The notes under the pieces were generated by a model that saw only the letters and a list, made by a program, of their open reading frames with translations, was not told where the DNA came from and made no database searches. Below, piece by piece: positions 12,045-23,510 of a stretch of 64,000 nucleotides of DNA. The position numbers and the translations under genes are program-made. Numbering within the stretch: the first letter of the stretch is position 1; each line of letters starts with the position of its first letter. Location: assembly GCF_001194135.2 (NCBI RefSeq), contig NC_069006.1, positions 9,478,326 to 9,542,325 of the forward strand. The letters run 5' to 3'. Origin of the DNA: Octopus bimaculoides. Lineage: Eukaryota.

Positions 12045-12648
12045 CTTAGGAGGGACACAAAACTTAAGAGCATATCCATTAGGGTCTTTGACTAGTTCCA
12101 ATTTAGTCCTTTCCCATTTCGATTTGCCTTTTGAATCTTCCCCTGACAACACATTAACAATTTCCTCTTTGCTGGCATCACCATTGCCATACTGTTCTTC
12201 GACTTTGTCTAATTTACCTTTAGTCGCCGGTTTATCGTTTTTGTTCATCTTCCAGTGCTTTCGGTGATGTTCCTCAGCGCTACCATTGGTATCATTTGAA
12301 CTACTCTTAAAAAAACTGCGTCTCCGAATTCCACGGAGAGAGAACCGCCGGAAAAAGCTCTTGCGCCGTTTTTCAGTGGGGCTCAGCTGACCAGAAGTGG
12401 AAATGGCGGTCGTGCTGCTGCTGCTGCCGCTGCCACCGCCACCACCGCCGCCGCCTCCACTTCCGCCAGTGCCGCCAACACTGACGCCACCTCCGCTGAC
12501 CACACTGTTCTCTTGGTCAGCATAATCGCCATGGTCATCACCACCATGGCTGCCGTTCTGTTCAGCTAGGGATTCTGGACGGGAATTGTGAGACGCAGAA
12601 TGAAAAGCCATTCCAATTCCATCAGCTGGTAATAACTTGGCGTTGACG
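12045..12648 (-). CDS. SH2B: Internal coding exon of an SH2B/Lnk-family adaptor (Gly/Ser linker, basic RFSLR motif, N-terminal part of the PH domain)
   Basis: Translation ...KSFFRRFSLRGIRRRSFFK...KGKLDKV...KEEIVNVLSGEDSKGKSKWERTKLELVKDPNGYALKFCVPPK resembles recalled Drosophila Lnk (SLFRRLSFKGLRK...KWEKCRLALVKAVGGYMLEFYTPHK) and human SH2B1 (KKRFSLR...WQKCRL...LEFFVPPK). Polypyrimidine tract plus CTACAG acceptor (AG at 12650-12649). AAG|GTAAGC donor directly after PPK, the position where I recall an intron in vertebrate SH2B genes. The frame is open through the exon (phase-2 start, phase-0 end). Confidence 0.9.
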
Positions 12649-12769
12649 CTGTAGCAGAAAGGAAGAAAAAAAAAAATTTAATTAAAAGACAAAAAGAAAA
12701 AAAAGGAAACATTTTCTCTGAAGACAAACACAGAACATCTCGAATAAATACAGTAACGAAAGTGTTAAT

Positions 12770-13178
12770 GCTTTGTTTTTTCTGTGTTTCTTTTAATTAA
12801 TTTTAAATATAACAAAGAATTTAGTAAAATAACTTCGTTATCATTAAGCTAGTGTTAGGAACATAAATTGTGGAAGATTTTAATTCAAAACTTATGAAAA
12901 CAAGACATTTGTACTATAGAGCCAGTTTCAGCCCAGTTGGTAACAAAAGGGTTAAGAATTGTTTCTCTTTTATATATTTTAATTCTTTTATTACCCTATT
13001 TCTAATTAATTTTAACTATCACAAAGAATTTAGTAAAATAACTTAGATATCATTAAGCTAGTGTTAGGAACATTGTGATTAAGGTTTGGTGGAAGATTTT
13101 AATTCAGAACTTATGAAAACAAGACATTTGTACTCAGAGCCAGAGGTAGATTCAGACGGTTATTATCAAAAGGGTTAA
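12770..13178. mobile_element. Two tandem TTAA-type MITEs, family B
   Basis: Both contain aacaaagaatttagtaaaataactt...attaagctagtgttaggaaca and end in aaaagggttaa. Further copies at about 14250, 29770 and 37153-37361. Confidence 0.7.
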
Positions 13179-14103
13179 TGAGCCAAAGGGGGAGCCTCCA
13201 CATCACTGGTTTTCAACCATTTTTCACTCTGATTCCTATTTTATGCTACCAGATACTAATGTTTAAAAAACTCCTATTGTAATGAGTACCCACCAATGAG
13301 GAGATCCAATCCAATCAAAACCGGGTGGTCTGGTGGTCCTGAAGCTAGGCTGGCAGAAGCTATTTCCCGCTTGCAATAAATATCAAGTGCAAGAAATGGA
13401 CTGAATAAACCAGCCAGTGGAGACGTCTTCCTGGGGTTAAATGGCAGTATCATCGTCTCTTAGAGGACAGCCACATTAAAGTGGCCATAAACAATCTTAT
13501 ATTTTTATAATTATTATTAGGAATTGTATAAAAACTTTATTGAAATATTTCGTGTTTTGTAGAAGTTTAAAGAATTTATTGCTCATGAATTTTAACAATG
13601 AGGGCTATAGTTGCTATGATCAACAGGACAACCTGCTCAAGAAATTAACATAGAAATGGCTAAGCACTCCACAAACACACATAACCTTGACATTGATCTC
13701 AGGGATATTCAGCATCACACAGAATGTGAGAAAGTTGGCACCTTGAATTATAGGTACCGCTCATTTTTACCAGCAATGATCCATCAGGTACTGAACACAA
13801 GACCTTGTAATCATGAGCCGAATACCCTAGCCATTAGGCCACATGTTTTCACATGACCTGTCTAATTGAGAAGAAATGCCAGCACCATGCGGCACAGACA
13901 TAGCTACATGGCCAGCAGGTACAATCATAATCAGCAGCACCTTAGGCAAGTGTTTTTAGCCTTGAAACCTTCCACTCATTACATTCACACAGAAAGGACC
14001 TGGGTCCTATTCTTCTGCAAAAAAACACCTCACAAAAATAGGGAAGAGGGATTGGGGCCCCAGAATTGCAGATCTCTGAAGAAGGGTTAAAATTGACAAT
14101 GGC

Positions 14104-14219
<116 letters not shown>

Positions 14220-14737
14220 CAGTTGGTGAAAGGAGAGAGAATAACATTAACTCTTTTGTTATGATATTTGTGTTGAAATATAACTGTTTCAATTAATTTT
14301 GAAGATAACAAAGAATTTAGTAAAATAATTTCATCATAATTTAGCTGTCACATGGAACAAATCAACATGAAGTTTTGATGGAGGACTTTTAGATCAATAA
14401 CACTTGTTATACTTCTGTTGAAACACAGCCAGTATCATTATCATCCAATTTCCATGCTGATATGGGTTGGATGGTTTGAGAGAATCCAGCAAGCCACGGG
14501 GCATGGTTTCTACAGCTAGATGCCCTCCCCAACACCATCCACTTTCGTGTGTACTGGGTGCTTTTCCCAGGCCACTAGAGATGTTGCCAAGTTACTTGCA
14601 AGACAGGAAAAGAACAAAGAAAAAAGGTAGGAAGGAGCCCCTTTGACTGAATGGGAAAGACAGTAATTGGGGGGCAGGGGGAGTAGATTTATGCCCTTGT
14701 TTCAATTAATTTGGAAAATAACGAAGAATTTGGTCAG

Positions 14738-15170
14738 ATCATCATCATCATCATCGTTTAACGTCTGCTTTCCATGCTAGCATGGGTTGGATGATTTGAC
14801 TGGGGACTGGTGAACCAGATGGCTACGCCAGGCTCCAATCTGATTTGGCAGAGTTTCTACAGCTGGATGCCCTTCCTAACACCAACCACTCCAAGAGTGT
14901 AGTGGATGCTTTTACGTGCCACCGGCACGAAGGCCGGTCAGGCGGTACTGGCAACGGCCATGCTCAAAATGGTGTATTTTACGTGCCACCTGCACAGGAG
15001 CCAGTCCAGCGGCACTGGCAACGACCTCACTGGAATGTTTTTTTCACATGCCACCGGCACAAGTGCCAGTAAGGCGGCATTGGTAACGATTACGCTCAAA
15101 TGGTGCTATTTACGTGCCACTGGCACGGAAGGCAGACAGCTACTCTGGTGGTAACGATCACGTTCGGACG
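14738..15170 (-). mobile_element. RTE-tailed SINE with (ATG)n tail and internal tandem modules of about 65-70 bp
   Basis: catcatcatc-gtttaacgtc.gctttccatgctagcatgggttgg tail (reverse) and four modules related to tttacgtgccaccggcac. Confidence 0.8.
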
Positions 15171-15589
15171 GTGCTCGGCATTTAGATCATAAATTAACAG
15201 GAAATTTTGGTGGAAGAATTTAATTTAGATCACTTTGAAACAGGAAGTGAGTATCATAGAATCAGGGTTGATCTCAAGTATTTTGGTTCAAAAGGGCTGA
15301 CTTGGTTTCAATGCCAAAGGGGAAGAATAGATGAAACCAAGAAGTCAACAACACAAGGCTTTCTTTCTTACTTCTTAAAGTAACAGTAAAAATTTAAAAA
15401 ACCAAAAGAAAATACTAGACAGAGAAGCAAAAATAGCTGAGAAGATATGGTTTAGAACTACCTCCAGCAGGTAGATCACAAAAACCAACTGTTGCTGGTT
15501 TTGCATTCAGTTTTTGGACACTAATCATTGGGTAATAAACTGCGCTTGCGAGGAGGACCTGTTGAAACAAGTGAAATTGTTGCCGTGGC

Positions 15590-15998
15590 CGATGAGAGTA
15601 CCACCTGATTGGCACCCATGCCAGTGACACATGGTAAGCACCATTTGAGTGCAGTCGATGCCAGTGTCGTCTGACTGGTCCCATGCGAGTGAGACTGTGG
15701 AAAGCACCATTCGAGCATGGTCGTTGCCAGTGCCACTTGACTGGCTCCCATGCCAGTAGCACATAAAAAGCACCATTCAAGTGTAGTTGATGCCAGTACC
15801 ACCTGACTGGCCCTTATGCTGGTGGAACGTAAAAAGCACTGACTATACTCGTAGTGTCTGGCATTAGGAAAGGCATCCAGCTGTAGAAACTTTACCATAT
15901 TGGATTGGAGCCTGGTACAGCCTTCTGGCTTGCCAGCCCTCAGCCAAACCATCCAACCCATGCCAGCATGGAAAGCGGACGTTAAACAACAATAATGA
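15590..15998 (+). mobile_element. RTE-tailed SINE, opposite orientation to 14738-15170
   Basis: ggcattaggaaaggcatccagctgtagaaac ... aacccatgccagcatggaaagcggacgttaaac. Confidence 0.8.
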
Positions 15999-16026
15999 TG
16001 AGTTCTACAAGACTCACTTCATATGG

Positions 16027-16859
16027 TTAACCCTTTAGCATTTAAACCAGCCAGATCCAGCCCCCTACAATGTCATACTAAAAATAAGCAAGCATATCAT
16101 TGAAATCTCAATATAAAAAGATAATGCATGACAAATTGAAACCAATGTGAATAAATAAGTATTATGTTAGACAAACTAATCTGAATGCTAAAGGATTAAC
16201 ATGAATAGGTGCAACCACCAATTCATCTGTGAATGTTGCTAACGATGAAGGCACATTAACCCTTTAGCATTTCAATCACCCATATCCGGCCCAAATATTC
16301 TAATTTTATGTTCAAACTGGTCAGGTCCAGACTCTCACACCTACCCTACAATGTCATTCTGGAAATGATCACATCATCCACATCTGAAAGCTGCAAGATA
16401 ATGCAGGATTAATTCAAAAGAACATGAATAAATAATCTTTACATTTGACAGAGGATAATCTGAATACTAAAAGGTTAAATGATTTAATAAGAATCAGAAT
16501 TTCAGCTTTGGTCTGATTTGCCATTTGACGACATGTCACATCACTAAATCTTGCTAATGCCATGTAGGAAAGACATGGATATCATAAGTTCTAATATCTC
16601 TGTCTTAAAACTTTTAAGCTTCATGGTTATGTCAGAAACATGTGTTTAACCCAGTCGTATCCAACCCTATCGTTCTACCTATTTTATGTTCCAACTGGCC
16701 AGATCTGACCTCTCACACCTAACTTACAATGTTATTCTAAAAATCAATAGCCACATCATCAAATTCTGAAAGCTACGAGATAATACAGGAGTAATGCAGA
16801 AAAACAGGAATAAATGATCTTTACATTTGACACAGTAATCTGAATGTTTAACAGGTTAA
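16027..16859. mobile_element. Three tandem family-A TTAA MITEs
   Basis: Copies at 16027-16199, 16256-16478 and 16646-16859, each bounded by TTAA. Confidence 0.7.
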
Positions 16860-16942
16860 CATTTTATTGAAAAAAAGGTTTATCTCTTATCAGCTTATCT
16901 CATGAAACCAGGATTAAAGCAGGCCCTTAGAAGACCTTTTGT

Positions 16943-17265
16943 GAAGGTGCATGGCTCAGTGGTTAGAGCATCGAGTTTACGATCACGAGGTTGTGAGTTC
17001 AATTCCCAGACCAGGTTGTGTTGTGTTCTTGAGCAAGACACTTTATTTCATGTTGCTCCAGTTCACTCAGCTGTAGAAATGAGTTGTGACATCACAGGTG
17101 CCAAGCTGTATCGGACCCTTTGCCTTTTCCTTGGATAACACTGGTGGCATGGAGAGAGGAGGTTGGTATTCATGGGCAACTGCTGGTCTTCCATTAACAA
17201 CCTTGTCCAGAATTGTGCCTTGGAGTGGAACTTCCGAAGTGCAATCCCATGGTCATTTATGAAGA
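16943..17265 (+). mobile_element. tRNA-headed SINE with Deu/Nin-like central domain
   Basis: A/B boxes (tggctcagtggttag, gagttcaattcc), then ttgagcaagacactttatttcatgttgctccagttcactcagctg. Reverse copies at about 34760-35085 and 40735-41055. Confidence 0.65.
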
Positions 17266-18397
17266 CCTTTAGGGACTATCAAACATGCATACCATTTACA
17301 ATGAATTATGGGGCAGGTGTGATTGGGTGGGTAACAAGCATGTGGTCTTCAGCTCATTTCTATCACAGCATTTTGGGAAAGTGTCTTCTACTACAGCCCT
17401 GGGTCAAACAATGTTTTATGAGTGAATTTGGTAAATGGAAACTAAAAGAAGCTCTTCACATGTGTGTGTGTTTTCATGCTTGTGTTTGTCTTCCCATCAC
17501 CAAATGAAAACTGCTGTGGGTTTATTTACATCCCCATAAGGCACAAGTTTGGTGAAAGAGACCAACACATTAAGTACCAGAGTTAAAATAGAAAAGAAAA
17601 AAAAGCACTGGAATGGATATTTGCTTGACTAAACCCCTTCGTTACAAGGTGGTTGGTGTCTGCCCCAGCATGGCCACGTGCCCAGTGACTGAAACAATTT
17701 AAAGATACAAATATCTCATTTCCTATCAAGTAAAAGTCCAAACTGTTTCTCAAACAAATATCTTTTAGTTTGAAGATAATAAAGAGACTTGCAACTTTGA
17801 TAACAGAATCACAGAAATGCACAATGTGTAATGTGTGCGTATGTGGATGCACATGCGCAGAGGCACACTATGTGAGTGGTGAGTGGGTGTACATATATAT
17901 ATTAGTATGTAAGAGGGTATATGAGTACATGAGTGCGCGCATGTGTGTGTGTACATGTGAGTGGGTGTACGTGCGTACATGTGAATGGGTGTAAGTGCAT
18001 GCATGTGCATACATGCGAGTTTACAAGTGCATGTGCGTGTACGTATCAGTGCTTGCATGTGTGTGTGTATATATGAGTGGGTGTACTCAAGTGTATACAG
18101 GTACACACGAGTATGTGTTTAAGTGCGAGAGCACTCTACACAAATGCATGAGTGCATGCACATGTGCGAGTGTGCACAGGTGAGATTTTGTACAAGTGTA
18201 TACACACACACATACATACATACATACATACATACACAGATTTCAGGGGGGTTTTTTTTTTTTTTTTTGTTTTTTTGTTGAGCAAACAGTTTACAAGTGT
18301 TAATTATTTTGTACTGGAATGACTTTGGAAGCTGACGGAGAGCAGAGCTGAGACTTTGTTCAGACGCAACACAATTAGCACAACACAAGAGACAGCA

Positions 18398-18448
<51 letters not shown>

Positions 18449-19139
18449 NNNNNNNNNNNNNNNNNNNNNNNNNNNNNNNNNNNNNNNNNNNNNNNNNNNN
18501 NNNNNNNNNNNNNNNNNNNNNNNNNNNNNNNNNNNNNNNNNNNNNNNNNNNNNNNNNNNNNNNNNNNNNNNNNNNNNNNNNNNNNNNNNNNNNNNNNNNN
18601 NNNNNNNNNNNNNNNNNNNNNNNNNNNNNNNNNNNNNNNNNNNNNNNNNNNNNNNNNNNNNNNNNNNNNNNNNNNNNNNNNNNNNNNNNNNNNNNNNNNN
18701 NNNNNNNNNNNNNNNNNNNNNNNNNNNNNNNNNNNNNNNNNNNNNNNNNNNNNNNNNNNNNNNNNNNNNNNNNNNNNNNNNTAGAGGGAAAAGCAAGCAT
18801 TATAAAGTGACTAAATTTCCTACAGGGTAAAATGTATGAATGACATAAGTTCAATTCCTTGCCGAGACATAAAACCAAACTTATTCCTCTCACCTACAGT
18901 TTCTAGCAGCAAATACTGAAGGGTATCTGATACTGCCCCACTGCCAGTGGGAAGTAGGGACTAACCAAAATGATTAATAGAGTTTAAAAAAAAAAAAAAA
19001 AAGCAACTGGAGGTTTTAACTGGCCAAAATGTTCTGCCTGTTTTATGTTAAAACAATGTCATTTTAAAAATAGTTACCTCATGAAAATCTCAATGCTGAG
19101 CCTCACGGAGGCAAGGTGGCTGAGTTAATTTCGAACGGG

Positions 19140-19880
19140 CTTCGCGGAGGTGAGGTGATTGAGTTACTTTCAAACAAGCCTCACCTGTCATTACCAATTT
19201 CCAGCTGGATTCCCAACAAAGACTATGGATATTATCCAACCACCTCATTCTTAGTCTACCCCTAAGTCCCTTGCTGGTTGGATTGGCTTGAAGAATCCAT
19301 CTTTCCTGTGATGTTCTAATCACATATCCATAGTACTGGACCTGTGATCTATCCATCCATCTTTTCTGACCACTATTCCTGGAAGGGTTGTGTAGGGAAG
19401 AATCCTCGAACATTTCCTCTATAGGGTCCTATCAGAAGCAACTGTCAAGATTTTCTGGCTGGATTCTCAAACATGCCCAACTGAACCTATAGATACTATT
19501 CAACCATCTCAATTTTGGCCAACCCCTTGGTCTCCTGCCAGTTGGTTCAGCTTTAAGAATCCATCTTATGATTCTTTCCTGTGACATTCTAATAGCACAT
19601 CCTTAGAACTGAACCTGTGATCTATCCATCCATTTTTCTGACCATTATTCCTGGGAGGCTTGTGGGAGGGTAGAGTCTTCAGGCACCTCCTCCATAGGGT
19701 CCTATCAAAAGCAATAGTCATTACATTTTCTGAGTGGATTCCTAAGCATGACCAAATGAGGCTATGGATATTCTCCAACCACCTCATTCTTGGTCGATCC
19801 CTAAGTCGCCTGCCAGTTGGTTCAACTTGAAGAATACTTCTTGCGATTCTTTCTTGTGACATTCTAATCACGTACCAGGG
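19140..19880 (-). mobile_element. About 2.7 tandem copies of an RTE LINE 3'-end unit of about 273 bp
   Basis: Minus strand encodes IRMSQERIARSILQVEPTGRRLRDRPRMRWLENIHSL (RTE ORF C-terminus). Anchor motifs recur at 19308/19581/19856 and at 19342/19615. Confidence 0.75.
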
Positions 19881-20125
19881 CTGGCTCAGCCTGGAGATAC
19901 TCTCTAACTTCCAAACTACAAAAGAATTTCATTTTCCCAAAAAGCTTGTTTTTTTAAAATTAATATTTTTGCCCCTTCAATTCTGTGCCCATTTTTGTCT
20001 GAGGATGTTATTCCAAAACTCCACCACGTTATTAGGGGGCAGGAAAGAGCAGATATTGTAACGAATGTTATGGTCTTAGTTGCTTGTGTCTTTAATTATC
20101 ATTTTACATATTAAGGCATCTAAGG

Positions 20126-20164
<39 letters not shown>

Positions 20165-20244
20165 GAAAGAGAGTGAGATAATGAATGAATGACAGTACAA
20201 GTCTGTTAGAAGCAGGAAGAGTGTGAGATGCTGAGAAAGAGGAA

Positions 20245-20460
20245 AGGTGGCAGGCTGGCAGAAATGTTAGCACACCGGGCGAAATGCTTAGCAGTATTTT
20301 GTCTGTCTTTACGTTCTGAGTTCAAATTCTGCCGAGGTCGACTTTGCCTTTCATCCTTTCAGGGGTTGATAAAGTAAGTACCAGTTGCATACTGAGGTCG
20401 ATCTAATTGACTTCCACCCCCCCTCCCCAAAAATTTTCGGCCTTGTGCCTAGAGTACAAA
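20245..20460 (+). mobile_element. OK-like SINE
   Basis: gctggcagaaatgttagcacaccgggcgaaatgcttag...gagttcaaattctgccgaggtcgac. Confidence 0.8.
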
Positions 20461-20659
20461 AAAGGATACTGAGAAAGAGGAAAGGTGGAATGTGAGAGGG
20501 GAGATGAGGGGAGAATTTGAGAAACAAATGTCTGAGGTGAATCAGATATGTTTGGGGACGAGTTAAAAACAAGAAAATAGGAGAGAGAGAGCACCAGGGA
20601 GTGAGTGAGTGAGAGAGAGAGAGAGAGAGAGATGGGGGGAGAGAGAGAGAGATGGGGGA

Positions 20660-21553
20660 NNNNNNNNNNNNNNNNNNNNNNNNNNNNNNNNNNNNNNNNN
20701 NNNNNNNNNNNNNNNNNNNNNNNNNNNNNNNNNNNNNNNNNNNNNNNNNNNNNNNNNNNNNNNNNNNNNNNNNNNNNNNNNNNNNNNNNNNNNNNNNNNN
20801 NNNNNNNNNNNNNNNNNNNNNNNNNNNNNNNNNNNNNNNNNNNNNNNNNNNNNNNNNNNNNNNNNNNNNNNNNNNNNNNNNNNNNNNNNNNNNNNNNNNN
20901 NNNNNNNNNNNNNNNNNNNNNNNNNNNNNNNNNNNNNNNNNNNNNNNNNNNNNNNNNNNNNNNNNNNNNNNNNNNNNNNNNNNNNNNNNNNNNNNNNNNN
21001 NNNNNNNNNNNNNNNNNNNNNNNNNNNNNNNNNNNNNNNNNNNNNNNNNNNNNNNNNNNNNNNNNNNNNNNNNNNNNNNNNNNNNNNNNNNNNNNNNNNN
21101 NNNNNNNNNNNNNNNNNNNNNNNNNNNNNNNNNNNNNNNNNNNNNNNNNNNNNNNNNNNNNNNNNNNNNNNNNNNNNNNNNNNNNNNNNNNNNNNNNNNN
21201 NNNNNNNNNNNNNNNNNNNNNNNNNNNNNNNNNNNNNNNNNNNNNNNNNNNNNNNNNNNNNNNNNNNNNNNNNNNNNNNNNNNNNNNNNNNNNNNNNNNN
21301 NNNNNNNNNNNNNNNNNNNNNNNNNNNNNNNNNNNNNNNNNNNNNNNNNNNNNNNNNNNNNNNNNNNNNNNNNNNNNNNNNNNNNNNNNNNNNNNNNNNN
21401 NNNNNNNNNNNNNNNNNNNNNNNNNNNNNNNNNNNNNNNNNNNNNNNNNNNNNNNNNNNNNNNNNNNNNNNNNNNNNNNNNNNNNNNNNNNNNNNNNNNN
21501 NNNNNNNNNNNNNNNNNNNNNNNNNNNNNNNNNNNNNNNNNNNNNNNNNNNNN
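20660..21553. other. Largest assembly gap. Other large gaps at about 1946, 18449, 23077, 43959, 54171, 56047 and 60679
   Basis: Runs of N, mostly flanked by microsatellites. Confidence 0.98.
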
Positions 21554-21594
<41 letters not shown>

Positions 21595-22521
21595 CACACA
21601 CACATACATACATACATAGGGTTTCTTTCAGTTTCCGTCAACCAAATCCACTCACAAGGCTTTGGTCAGCCCAAGGCTATAGTTGAAGACACTTGCTCAA
21701 GGTGCCACGCAGTGGGACTGAACCCGGAACCATATGGTTGGTAAGCAAGCTACTTACCATACAACCACTCCATGTGTATATAGCATGTCTGGAGAAGGAT
21801 AGCCCCAGCTGGAGTGCTTTCTACTCCAGAAGCTTGGAGCTCAAACAAGAAGACATAGTGATAGACATAACGACAGGAGGAGGAGAGACAGACAGAAGCA
21901 ATACAATAGTGAAAGAGGGGAAGGAGACAGATGTGGAAAAAAAGGAAGTGAGAAAGAGAGGGAATGAAAGAATGAGGGAGGGAGGGAAGGCGTTGCAAGA
22001 AGCAGCAGACAAAGAATGAGAAAGAGAGGGGGGTGGGAGGAAGATGAAAAGAAAGGGAGAGAGGGAGAAAAGAGGCGTTGGAGGAAGAAAAATTAACTGA
22101 GAGGACAATGTCTATAGATAGCGTTCCTCCTCCTCCTCCTGTCTAGCCAGATAACAAGCTCAGCACTTCACCAACCACACACACACACACAGCATTCACT
22201 GCAGTCTTATCAATGAGAAGAAGACCTTGTCGATTTGTGAGAGATTAGCCAGAGAGGAACTGTTGCCATGTAAACATCTGTCCCTGTGTGTGTGTGTGTG
22301 TCTAAGTGGGAGTAACAGATGTTACACACATACACACTCTTTCAAAACAAAATGTGAAACATATGCAGTCAGCAAACCAACACACACACAATACAATTCA
22401 GGAGATTATGTATGTATATAGAGAGAGAGGGAAGGGGGAGGGAGGGAGGGNNNNNNNNNNNGAGAGAGAGAGAGAGAGAGAGATCCATTACAATTCAGTA
22501 TATATACATACACAACTCAGC

Positions 22522-22552
<31 letters not shown>

Positions 22553-23384
22553 TACACCCACACAACACTGATAAAGCAGACATACAAGCACACTTCACCT
22601 GTTACACACCCACACTCCAACGTGGACCAATACACCTCATCTAAGGTACGTACACACACACACACACACACAAACTAGTTCAGCACCCATTTACACACTC
22701 ACTCTCCCCACACAAACAGAATCCATATACACACAGGACAGACCATTACACACATACACCCACAAGTCTACCACCCACCCATATATATGCACACACACAC
22801 ACACACACTCACAAACAAAAGTACAAACAGTACACAAAAATAAAGTTAAGTCAAAGCCAGCAGTCAGCTAAAAACAATTTGGATGACTTAAGTTCAGTAG
22901 TGTGTGGGCGCGCGCGTCAGGAACAAGCGGTGCTTTTTGTACATGTAGACACAGAGATGGCCGTCTGGTTAAAGCTCAATTTGCAACCACGCGGTCTCAG
23001 GTTCGTTCCCACAGTAGAACACCTTGAGCGAGTGTCTTTTACTATAGGCCTAGGCCAACCAATGCTTTATGGGTGAANNNNNNNNNNNNNNNNNNNNNNN
23101 NNNNNNNNNNNNNNNNNNNNNNNNNNNNNNNNNNNNNNNNNNNNNNNNNNNNNNNNNNNNNNNNNNNNNNNNNNNNNNNNNNNNNNNNNNNNNNNNNNNN
23201 NNNNNNNNNNNNNNNNNNNNNNNNNNNNNNNNNNNNNNNNNNNNNNNNNNNNNNNNNNNNNNNNNNNNNNNNNNNNNNNNNNNNNNNNNNNNNNNNNNNN
23301 NNNNNNNNNNNNNNNNNNNNNNNNNNNNNNNNNNNNNNNNNNNNNNNNNNNNNNNNNNNNNNNNNNNNNNNNNNNNNNNNNNNN

Positions 23385-23422
<38 letters not shown>

Positions 23423-23510
23423 TATATGAGTATATGCATATATATGTACATACCTTCATCTACATATCTGGGTACATGACGAAAGATCGCCATATATATA
23501 TATACACACA

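Noticed and set aside
14900-15170. Repeat-spacer-like periodicity resembling CRISPR
   Set aside because: Degenerate tandem modules inside a eukaryotic SINE; the intervening parts are homologous, not unique spacers.
16943-17015. tRNA-like sequence
   Set aside because: Has A/B boxes but no closable cloverleaf and runs into a SINE body; it is a SINE head.
21600-21770. Recurrent peptides such as 'QIHSQGFG...EDTCPRC' and 'FSHLTAAMLEHRL'
   Set aside because: Translations of SINE copies repeated throughout the window, not a gene family.
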